Shown in pieces: positions 1-6,336 of a stretch of 20,000 nucleotides of DNA. Source of the DNA: an uncultured virus (IMG/VR IMGVR_UViG_3300024239_000354) (taxonomy: Duplodnaviria; Heunggongvirae; Uroviricota; Caudoviricetes); IMG/VR virus record IMGVR_UViG_3300024239_000354, one strand, 5' to 3'. A program made the translations under genes and the position numbers. Numbering within the stretch: position 1 is the stretch's first letter; each line of letters opens with the position of its first letter. The notes beneath the pieces were generated by a model that was given only the letters and a program-made list of their open reading frames with translations, made no database searches and was not told the origin of the DNA.

Positions 1-31
1 CACCCAATTCCGCCAGTGAGTCCGATCACTT

Positions 32-331
32 TCATCGTCTGCGCTTCCTACTCCGTTCGGAACTATCCTTGTGGGAAACATAGAAGTGTGGGGGTTTTGT
101 TTTAACCCATTCCACGAATTTCTGCATTTCCTCGTTTTCAAGGATACGTTCCGGTGTGTGATAGTATCTCAGAAGTTCGCGCTCTGTAAAGACTGCATGT
201 ATTTTATTATGGCAGAGACGATGAAGGAGTGCCGTGTCCTTGCCTTTGAAGGTCTTCGGCTTCCAATGATGTTCGTTTGTGGTGTCCGCTGGCATTGGAC
301 GACCGCAAATCGGGCAGACCGAATCAGTCAT
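32..331 (-). CDS. Small HNH endonuclease (YisB-like)
   Basis: CPICGR...EHHWKP...LHRLCHNKIH zinc/HNH pattern, followed by the FTERELL...FVEWV tail typical of YisB-like HNH proteins. ATG at 331 overlaps the upstream stop; GTG at 337 is an alternative start. Confidence 0.75.
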   Translation of the reverse strand: MTDSVCPICGRPMPADTTNEHHWKPKTFKGKDTALLHRLCHNKIHAVFTERELLRYYHTPERILENEEMQKFVEWVKTKPPHFYVSHKDSSERSRKRRR

Positions 332-605
332 TGACACTTTTCAGGTACCGCGTTACCGCCTGAATACGAGCAAGGGCAACGTTTTTCCAGCACCGTTTTT
401 CATCCATCCCAACTTTACTGGGAAGAATAACGCCAGACCCAAGGAGTTTATTGTTTGCCGTCTTGCGGACGGGATCATTCAGTGCGGATAAGGCGCCTTG
501 AAGATTGGTGATGATTTCCTCGAACCGCGCTTTTTCAATGAAAGGTTCATCTTTAATCGTGTCACGGATCGAAATTAGAGAATCAATGGCGTTTCCAATG
601 GTCAT
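324..605 (-). CDS. Hypothetical protein (93 aa)
   Basis: ATGA overlap with the clpS stop at 602-605; fills the gap between two genes of the operon; no recognised motif. Confidence 0.65.
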   Translation of the reverse strand: MTIGNAIDSLISIRDTIKDEPFIEKARFEEIITNLQGALSALNDPVRKTANNKLLGSGVILPSKVGMDEKRCWKNVALARIQAVTRYLKSVND

Positions 606-913
606 TTCATTACCTTCACATTCAAGGGGTACTTCTGGTTTCGCGCCAAACTCATCGTCTCGGTAGCCTTTGTTTCGGCAATTTCAAACGGATAGGTACC
701 AGCAACCCCGTTACCTTTCTCATGGATGCGCAGCATTAACGTCGAAGCAGTGTCTTCGGAATGTCCGAAAATGTGCATTAGGACATGAACGACGAATTCC
801 ATCGGAGTGTAGTCATCGTTGAATACGACAACCTTGAACAAGTCCGGTGTAGGAATCTTGATCTTCGTTTTGGTGTTCGCTTTTTGCGATGGGCTTAGCT
901 GTGTTCCGGGCAT
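602..913 (-). CDS. clpS: ATP-dependent Clp protease adaptor ClpS
   Basis: FKVVVFNDDYTPMEFVVHVL...MLRIHEKG.GVAGTY.FEIAETK...YPL signature. ATG at 913 lies 1 nt after the upstream TAA, so the ORF-track extension to 991 is unlikely. Confidence 0.95.
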   Translation of the reverse strand: MPGTQLSPSQKANTKTKIKIPTPDLFKVVVFNDDYTPMEFVVHVLMHIFGHSEDTASTLMLRIHEKGNGVAGTYPFEIAETKATETMSLARNQKYPLNVKVMK

Positions 914-914
914 T

Positions 915-1529
915 TTATTTGGTCTGTGTGTCGTGAACGATTTGGGTAGCGCCACCAAACAATACGTCAATAACACTCCTGCACCGCTCATCTAACGGAC
1001 CTGTGAGGTGGATGATGTTGTCCAGCTTGTGAAGCCGCGTAAACGTTATCAGCATGTGGTCGTCAAGTTGGTTGATGTCATCCTGGGTTTGGTACCGAGT
1101 ACCGTCTTTCAGGATATTCTTATTGGCCTTGTAAGTTTCTTCCTTATCGAGCAGGAAGATGAAGTCATAACGACGCAAATAAAGGTCATCAAGCAGGTGT
1201 TTGTACATATCAGCAAGCACAAGGCGCTGCCGAGCGTCATTGTTGTCTGCATAAAGACATGCGTAGAAGTACGGCGTCAGGGTGCCTGAATCGGTGATGA
1301 TATAATCTACCGCATCAGGTACCGAATCTTCGATTCGACGCTGGTTTTCTAGGGTGCGGTATTGTTCCCATATATTCTTCATGGGACCATGGAGATTTAT
1401 ATCAGTACGAATCCATTCTGTAATGAGTTCGGCATTGATATGGCGCTTTTTCAGTGCCGATGTCACATCCAGTGTTAGGGTGGACTTACCGGAACCTGCC
1501 GGTCCAATGAAAGCGATTCGTTTAGTCAT
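915..1529 (-). CDS. NadR/Ttd14-like AAA-domain P-loop kinase (AAA_28-like)
   Basis: N-terminal RIAFIGPAGSGKST Walker A, EWIR motif, IITDS Walker-B-like strand, YDFIFLL and DGTR; GGGG RBS upstream of ATG 1529. Substrate cannot be determined. Confidence 0.7.
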   Translation of the reverse strand: MTKRIAFIGPAGSGKSTLTLDVTSALKKRHINAELITEWIRTDINLHGPMKNIWEQYRTLENQRRIEDSVPDAVDYIITDSGTLTPYFYACLYADNNDARQRLVLADMYKHLLDDLYLRRYDFIFLLDKEETYKANKNILKDGTRYQTQDDINQLDDHMLITFTRLHKLDNIIHLTGPLDERCRSVIDVLFGGATQIVHDTQTK

Positions 1530-1554
1530 GTGCAAGCCCCTTTGCTTGGGCTTT

Positions 1555-1583
1555 GTATAACATCACTGTAAAATACGGCTCAA
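1555..1583 (-). promoter_or_regulatory. Putative sigma70-type promoter for the kinase-clpS-HNH operon
   Basis: Minus strand TTGAGC-N18-TATACA with TG preceding the -10 (extended -10-like), just downstream of the hsp20 terminator. Confidence 0.4.
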
Positions 1584-1596
1584 TAAACTTCTGGAC

Positions 1597-1630
1597 AAAA
1601 AGAAAAGGGGTTGGTGAAAGACCAACCCCT
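1597..1630 (-). terminator. Intrinsic terminator of hsp20
   Basis: 10-bp stem AGGGGTTGGT/ACCAACCCCT (1606-1630) followed by TTTCTTTTT on the minus strand. Confidence 0.85.
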
Positions 1631-1654
1631 TTCTATGGCTACACAAGTAAGGGA

Positions 1655-2182
1655 TTACTTGAGTTTCTTCGGCTCTTTAGCCGTAATATCGGCTTCGATG
1701 ACTTGGCCAGCCGCAGTAATCCCGATTTTCTTGGGCTTGCGCTCTTCGGGAACATTCCGGAACAAGTCAATTTCAAGAATGCCATTGACCATACGGGCAC
1801 CAGATACTTCGATGTACTCTGCTAATTGAAAGGTGCGCGTGAAATTACGCGAAGCAATACCCTTGTGGATGAATGTCCGTTCGGTGGTATCGGCTTGTTG
1901 CTTACCTTCGACGGTCAGCTTACGATCATGTTCGGTGATCTCGATGTCGGATTCTGAGAACCCGGCAACCGCAATCGAAATGCGGTACTGGTCTTCGCCC
2001 AACTTCTCGATGTTGTAGGGCGGATACCCGTGTGGGTCCATTACGGTTCCGGTGTCTTCAAATAGACGGAACAACGGCTCGTAACCGATAGCGGCATTCA
2101 CCAAGCGGTTCAGGGTCTTATCGAGATTGGTGGTGTTGAGAGTAAGGGTGTGCGGTAACGCACGGGCGTTGTAATTAGTCAT
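1655..2182 (-). CDS. Small heat shock protein, Hsp20/IbpA family
   Basis: YPPYNIEK...YRISIAVAGF...HKGIASRNFTRTFQLAEYIEV.GA.M.NGILEIDL.R..PEE.KPKKI alpha-crystallin signature; strong SD AAGGAGGT. Confidence 0.95.
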   Translation of the reverse strand: MTNYNARALPHTLTLNTTNLDKTLNRLVNAAIGYEPLFRLFEDTGTVMDPHGYPPYNIEKLGEDQYRISIAVAGFSESDIEITEHDRKLTVEGKQQADTTERTFIHKGIASRNFTRTFQLAEYIEVSGARMVNGILEIDLFRNVPEERKPKKIGITAAGQVIEADITAKEPKKLK

Positions 2183-2263
2183 AGTACCTCCTTCAAAAGC
2201 AAGGTCGTTGTAGTTGGCCCCTCGCGGGCACCAGATCAGGAACCTCTCATGAGCATTCCTGAA
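2183..2263 (-). ncRNA. ROSE-like RNA thermometer in the hsp20 5' UTR
   Basis: Three successive hairpins at 2236-2262, 2215-2233 and 2186-2205. The last, ACCUUGCUU-UUG-AAGGAGGU, pairs the ROSE UUGCU motif (bulged G) against the SD. Confidence 0.75.
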
Positions 2264-2265
2264 CC

Positions 2266-2273
2266 TATTTATA
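2266..2273 (-). promoter_or_regulatory. T4-type late promoter TATAAATA upstream of hsp20
   Basis: Exact TATAAATA on the minus strand, a few nt before the first leader hairpin. Confidence 0.65.
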
Positions 2274-2366
2274 CTTCGTCCGCCGAGATAAAACCAAATT
2301 TAATTTCGTTCCCAACGACGTAAATACTTCTCAGTTATTGATAAATGCATCAGGAATAGTGCATAA

Positions 2367-3650
2367 ATGGATTTTGTAACAAAAGCTGTAATCATTCATA
2401 AAGGCTTATATGACTATTCCTTGGTGGAATATACGAATTCATACACTAAAGTAAAAATTATTTGTAAAGAGCATGGAGTATTTGAACAACGCCCGGATTC
2501 GCATTTGAGTGGTAATGGATGCAAGCAGTGTTCTGCTGAAAAACGGCGAAGTAGTAATGGTGATTTTATTACTAAAGCTATTGCAGTACATGGCTGTTTA
2601 TATGATTACTCATTGGTTGAGTACAAAAGTGTCCATAACAAGGTAACAATTATTTGTCGGGAGCATGGAGAATTTGAACAATTTCCAAATAATCATTTGA
2701 GAGGATGTGGATGTCCCAAATGTAGAATAAAAACATCTGACCAATTCATTAATGAAGCGATTGCTATTCATAACGGCTTATATGATTATTCGTTGGTAGA
2801 CTATCGGAGAAGTGATGAAGGGGTATTAATTATTTGTAAACTACATGGACCATTTCGGCAAGAACCTAATAATCATTTGCGAGGCTATGGATGTCCCAAA
2901 TGCGCTGTAGACAGGAAACGATTTACTCAATTTGAATTTGTTAATGAATGCACAAATATCTATGGCACAAAGTATGATTATTCAGCCGTCGATTATGTTA
3001 ATTCTCAGACAAAAATTAAAATAGGGTGTCACACTCATGGGGTATTTGAAGTAACTCCGAATAATTTTTTACGTGGTTATGAATGCCAGTTCTGTAAAAA
3101 CAAAGACAAAAAGAAAGGGAGACGAATATCGTTATCAGAGTTTATTGAAGACTGTAGGTTGGTACATCAAGGAAAATATGACTATAGTTTGATAACGAAA
3201 TACACCAATAAGTCAGACAAACTGGATATTATTTGTCCAACACATGGCGTCTTTACACAAACTGCGTATATTCATAAAAGTGGTAAAGGGTGCCCGCGTT
3301 GTGTCCACCGTATATCAAAACCAGAAACCAAATGGTTAGATATGCTTGGGGTGGATATTCACCATCGAAACAAATATGTTCTTCTACCTGATGGAAAACG
3401 TTATCAGGTAGACGCCTACAATTCAGTGACTAATACCGTCTATGAATTTTTAGGAGACTATTGGCACGGCAACCCAAGCGTATTCCCACCAACACAAATG
3501 AATAAAAATGCGAAACGCACACATGGCGAGTTGTACGCCCGCACAATGAGGAAAATGAACCTGATTGCTCAGGAGTACAACCTGATATACATATGGGAGC
3601 AGGATTGGAAAAAGATGCTCGCAGAAACGACCCGACGCATCTCAAGCTGA
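2367..3650 (+). CDS. Putative homing endonuclease: five DUF723-like zinc-ribbon repeats plus a C-terminal Vsr/PD-(D/E)xK-like nuclease domain
   Basis: Five copies of YDYS.(V/I)..Y...C..HG.F...C..C. C-terminus VDAY...VYEFLGDYWHGNP...IYIWEQDW. Visibly AT-rich and oriented opposite to its neighbours. Confidence 0.8.
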   Translation: MDFVTKAVIIHKGLYDYSLVEYTNSYTKVKIICKEHGVFEQRPDSHLSGNGCKQCSAEKRRSSNGDFITKAIAVHGCLYDYSLVEYKSVHNKVTIICREHGEFEQFPNNHLRGCGCPKCRIKTSDQFINEAIAIHNGLYDYSLVDYRRSDEGVLIICKLHGPFRQEPNNHLRGYGCPKCAVDRKRFTQFEFVNECTNIYGTKYDYSAVDYVNSQTKIKIGCHTHGVFEVTPNNFLRGYECQFCKNKDKKKGRRISLSEFIEDCRLVHQGKYDYSLITKYTNKSDKLDIICPTHGVFTQTAYIHKSGKGCPRCVHRISKPETKWLDMLGVDIHHRNKYVLLPDGKRYQVDAYNSVTNTVYEFLGDYWHGNPSVFPPTQMNKNAKRTHGELYARTMRKMNLIAQEYNLIYIWEQDWKKMLAETTRRISS

Positions 3651-3668
3651 TCTACGAGCGCCGCTAAC

Positions 3669-3995
3669 TTACTCAAATCGGCGTCTAGCAGTTTCCATGT
3701 CCCCTTCGTATTGGAAGATTACTTCCAGTACGTGGGGGAAGCTGCCTGCCACCAAGAAACATCCGGTGCAGTTGGTCGCGAGCCATGCCACGATCTGATC
3801 TTGCTCACCTCGCAATTTAGCGTGATTGACCAAGTAAGTGTCACCATTCCGATGATCCCAGCCTGGAAACCCTTGCTGGAATAATTTCCAGAACTGATCA
3901 TGGGTCAATGCCTTTTGAAGTGGTACAACAATACCGCCGGTCGGAACTACTTCAAATTCTGGTTCTTGGTATACTGGATTGAGATTACATTCCAT
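3669..3995 (-). CDS. Hypothetical phage protein (108 aa), WL..NC.G family
   Basis: GGAG lies 9 nt before ATG 3995. The ORF-track start at 4091 would run through a terminator. Motif AWLATNCTG...VIFQYEGD. Confidence 0.65.
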   Translation of the reverse strand: MECNLNPVYQEPEFEVVPTGGIVVPLQKALTHDQFWKLFQQGFPGWDHRNGDTYLVNHAKLRGEQDQIVAWLATNCTGCFLVAGSFPHVLEVIFQYEGDMETARRRFE

Positions 3996-4021
3996 CAGTC
4001 GCATCTCCGGTGTTGTGAGCA

Positions 4022-4053
4022 CAAAAAAAGAGCTACCGATACCGGTAGCTCTT
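4022..4053 (-). terminator. Intrinsic terminator ending a short upstream transcript
   Basis: 11-bp stem AAGAGCTACCG/CGGTAGCTCTT with a 4-nt loop (4028-4053), running into a T-tract on the minus strand. Confidence 0.8.
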
Positions 4054-4160
4054 GAGAAATGGGGATGATTCGCCCTCAACGGCAGACCCATGCCGAATTT
4101 GTGTGGTTTTGCGTTGAGGCGTGCCCCGCATAATGCCCTTTTGTCTAGCTCAAGTAATTA

Positions 4161-4189
4161 TTTGGTTTTAATGAACCATTAAAACCAAA
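4161..4189. repeat. Perfect 13-bp inverted repeat, operator-like
   Basis: TTTGGTTTTAATG-AAC-CATTAAAACCAAA; overlaps the predicted start site of the 4193-4221 promoter. Confidence 0.85.
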
Positions 4190-4192
4190 GTT

Positions 4193-4221
4193 AATGTAAC
4201 GATCCGCCTGTGTTTTGGCAA
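4193..4221 (-). promoter_or_regulatory. Sigma70-type promoter
   Basis: Minus strand TTGCCA-N17-TACATT. Confidence 0.65.
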
Positions 4222-4263
4222 ATTTATTGATTACCACTGGGACTATACATTTGCGTATGACGA

Positions 4264-4302
4264 ATAAAAATGAGGGGTCGGACTTTCATCCGACCCCTCA
4301 TT
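4264..4302 (-). terminator. Intrinsic terminator of the kinase-amidase-vWA operon
   Basis: 14-bp stem AATGAGGGGTCGGA/TCCGACCCCTCATT (4269-4302), ending in a TTTTTATT run on the minus strand. Confidence 0.85.
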
Positions 4303-4371
4303 GCGGGCTTTGGTACTATGGATGGAACTTCCGGGACCAACAAGAGTACATTCACCCGCAACTTGATCTGC

Positions 4372-5154
4372 TCAGTTCCAGAAGCTCGCGCCCTTGGAGA
4401 ACGAAGCAGCAGACTGAGACGACCGCACTGCGCTTTGTGAGAACATGCGCATGACTTTGCGGACTTCGCTGGCGGTGGCGCCAGAGGTCATGATCCAGTC
4501 CTTCGGGATGCCCATTTCCTGGGCAATTTGCTCGTAAGCGACACCGCCATAGGTTTTGATGCCGTAGAAGGCGACGATGTGCTTCTCGGCGTTGATCATG
4601 TCATTGACGACCTTCGCCACGTCAGCGGCACGGGCACGGCTGGCATTGTCGTCGCCATCGGTGATGATCAGGTTGATCGAACGAGCCGCGACGCCCTGCT
4701 TGCTGAATTCCGCCACCTTGGCGATGGAGGTGCCCAGCATGACCAAGGATTGGTCGTACAGCGGGGTGCTGCCGCCGTTGGCTTGGTAGTTGCCGCGATC
4801 CAGCTTGGTGGCGCTCTTGACGCCCACAAACGGGAACAGCGTGCGCTTGCTGTACAGGTAGCTGGTGGACGCCAGGATGGAACTCGCCTGCTTGGAGTCC
4901 GACAGGGCGTCCAAGGTTAGGTTGTGACCTTCGATGATGGCATCCACCGCCTGGGACACCGAGCCGGTGTCATCGATCAGCAGGTTCATCAGGATCACGT
5001 CGTCGGCGGCGCCTACGTCATCGACACTGATGCCGAGCGCGGTCTGCATTTGGGCGTTGATATTCACGCCAGTCAGGATGTTCAGGCTGGCGGTGGTCAG
5101 ATCGCCATCGTCAGCCGCATTGCCCAGAAGGGCGTTGATGTTCTGTGAAGACAT
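4372..5154 (-). CDS. vWA-domain protein (TerY/YegL-like)
   Basis: MIDAS-like LLIDDTGS, GGSTPLYD and LIITDGDDN. GGAG 9 nt before ATG 5154; ATG 5169 is an alternative start. Confidence 0.85.
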   Translation of the reverse strand: MSSQNINALLGNAADDGDLTTASLNILTGVNINAQMQTALGISVDDVGAADDVILMNLLIDDTGSVSQAVDAIIEGHNLTLDALSDSKQASSILASTSYLYSKRTLFPFVGVKSATKLDRGNYQANGGSTPLYDQSLVMLGTSIAKVAEFSKQGVAARSINLIITDGDDNASRARAADVAKVVNDMINAEKHIVAFYGIKTYGGVAYEQIAQEMGIPKDWIMTSGATASEVRKVMRMFSQSAVRSSQSAASFSKGASFWN

Positions 5155-5209
5155 TGTTTTTTGCTCCATACTCGATCTCTTGGGGGCGGGGTTTCCCCCG
5201 CCGCTCCGC

Positions 5210-6253
5210 TTAGAGATCGATGCCCTTCCAGTTGCGCATGTCGTCGGTGGACTTGACCAGCTTCATGCCCGCCGCCTCGTACCGTTGGAAAGCGGCTTCG
5301 GCATTCGGGGTGAAGTCAGCGATGAAACCGCCCTGACCATTCGGCACCGTCACTGCCGACATGCAATCGGTCAGCACGTAGACCTTCTCGGCAAGCGAGG
5401 GGTCTTTCGCCAGAATATCGGTCAGCAGATCATCGACCGAGGACATGACGCAGTGGGAGGCAGCCTGCCCGGCGACCACCACGTAGTCGTTGTTCAGCAG
5501 GGTTTCGATCAGACGGGTGTTCTTCTGATCCAGCGCCTTGCCGTCCCAGCGGGTCAGCACCTCGGCACCGAACACCGAATAACACTCGGTCCAGGCGTTC
5601 TGTCCCTTGAAGGCGATCTCGCGCTGATCGCCACGTACCAGGGCGTGGAACGCCGTGGCTTCATCGATCACGCCCGCCAAGGCATAACCGGCGCTGCCAG
5701 CGAGGCAGTGGAAGGGCCACAGGTACAGGGTGTACTTGCCCGCCTTCTTCAGTTCCTCGGCGTAGAACTTCGCTTGATTGCGCGCCCAGGTGTAGTTGCC
5801 ACCGGCACAGGCAGCCGCCGCAACCGGCGAGACGACGTACTTACCCGAGGCGATGTCGTCCACCGAGATTTCGGTGAAGGGCGGGACGGGGTTGCCGTCA
5901 GCATCGTTCCAGAACGTCGAGAAGAAAATCTGGAACGGGAAGTGGGTGTCCATGGTGAGGACAGTGTGGGTGATCAGACCCACGTTCTTGTACAGGAATT
6001 CCGCGATGCGCACGTTGTCATCGATGGCGCCGGTACCCGAGCGACCACCCACGTACAGGGTGCCCTTCGGAAAGCAGAAATCCTTTTGAAGGTCGATGCC
6101 CAGGAACGCCACCTTCTTGCGGGCATCCTTGATGCTGGTGAAGTTGCTCGACTTGGCAAGGGCGGTAGCTGCCGCCAACAACTTACCGAAGTCGGGAGCG
6201 TAGTTGAAATCGGCGGCGTTGCCAGCCGAAAAGAAATTCGGAATTGCGTTCAT
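5210..6253 (-). CDS. Nicotinamidase/isochorismatase-family cysteine hydrolase (long PncA-like)
   Basis: IDLQKDF catalytic Asp, MDTH metal ligands, LWPFHC, FKG catalytic Lys and GQAASHCV catalytic Cys; SD AAGGAG. Confidence 0.85.
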   Translation of the reverse strand: MNAIPNFFSAGNAADFNYAPDFGKLLAAATALAKSSNFTSIKDARKKVAFLGIDLQKDFCFPKGTLYVGGRSGTGAIDDNVRIAEFLYKNVGLITHTVLTMDTHFPFQIFFSTFWNDADGNPVPPFTEISVDDIASGKYVVSPVAAAACAGGNYTWARNQAKFYAEELKKAGKYTLYLWPFHCLAGSAGYALAGVIDEATAFHALVRGDQREIAFKGQNAWTECYSVFGAEVLTRWDGKALDQKNTRLIETLLNNDYVVVAGQAASHCVMSSVDDLLTDILAKDPSLAEKVYVLTDCMSAVTVPNGQGGFIADFTPNAEAAFQRYEAAGMKLVKSTDDMRNWKGIDL

Positions 6254-6336
6254 CTTCGTTTTTCTCCTTCCTTCCTTCCGTGGTTTGGGGACGACCTAAC
6301 GCGGTGTTGGTAATCCCCGATGACCGGAAAGTAAGG

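Noticed and set aside
2400..3310. Recurrent DNA repeats considered as a CRISPR array
   Set aside because: They are degenerate, in-frame protein-coding repeats about 190-200 bp apart, not identical repeats with spacers.
3996..4091. N-terminal extension of the 3669 ORF given in the ORF track
   Set aside because: It crosses a strong terminator, and a better SD precedes ATG 3995.
4061..4127. Hairpin considered as SRP RNA, tRNA or c-di-GMP riboswitch
   Set aside because: Lacks the SRP GGAA-loop domain IV motif, the tRNA T-loop and cloverleaf, and the GEMM consensus; kept only as an unassigned structured RNA.
5185..5202. GC hairpin GGCGGGG-GAAA-CCCCGCC between the amidase and vWA genes, considered as a terminator
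   Set aside because: No U-tract on the minus strand; more likely an mRNA stability or processing element.
4934..6313. 459-aa plus-strand ORF
   Set aside because: Antisense shadow of the GC3-biased amidase and vWA genes; no motifs or RBS. The same applies to 7648-8346, 9157-9768 and 15722-16354.
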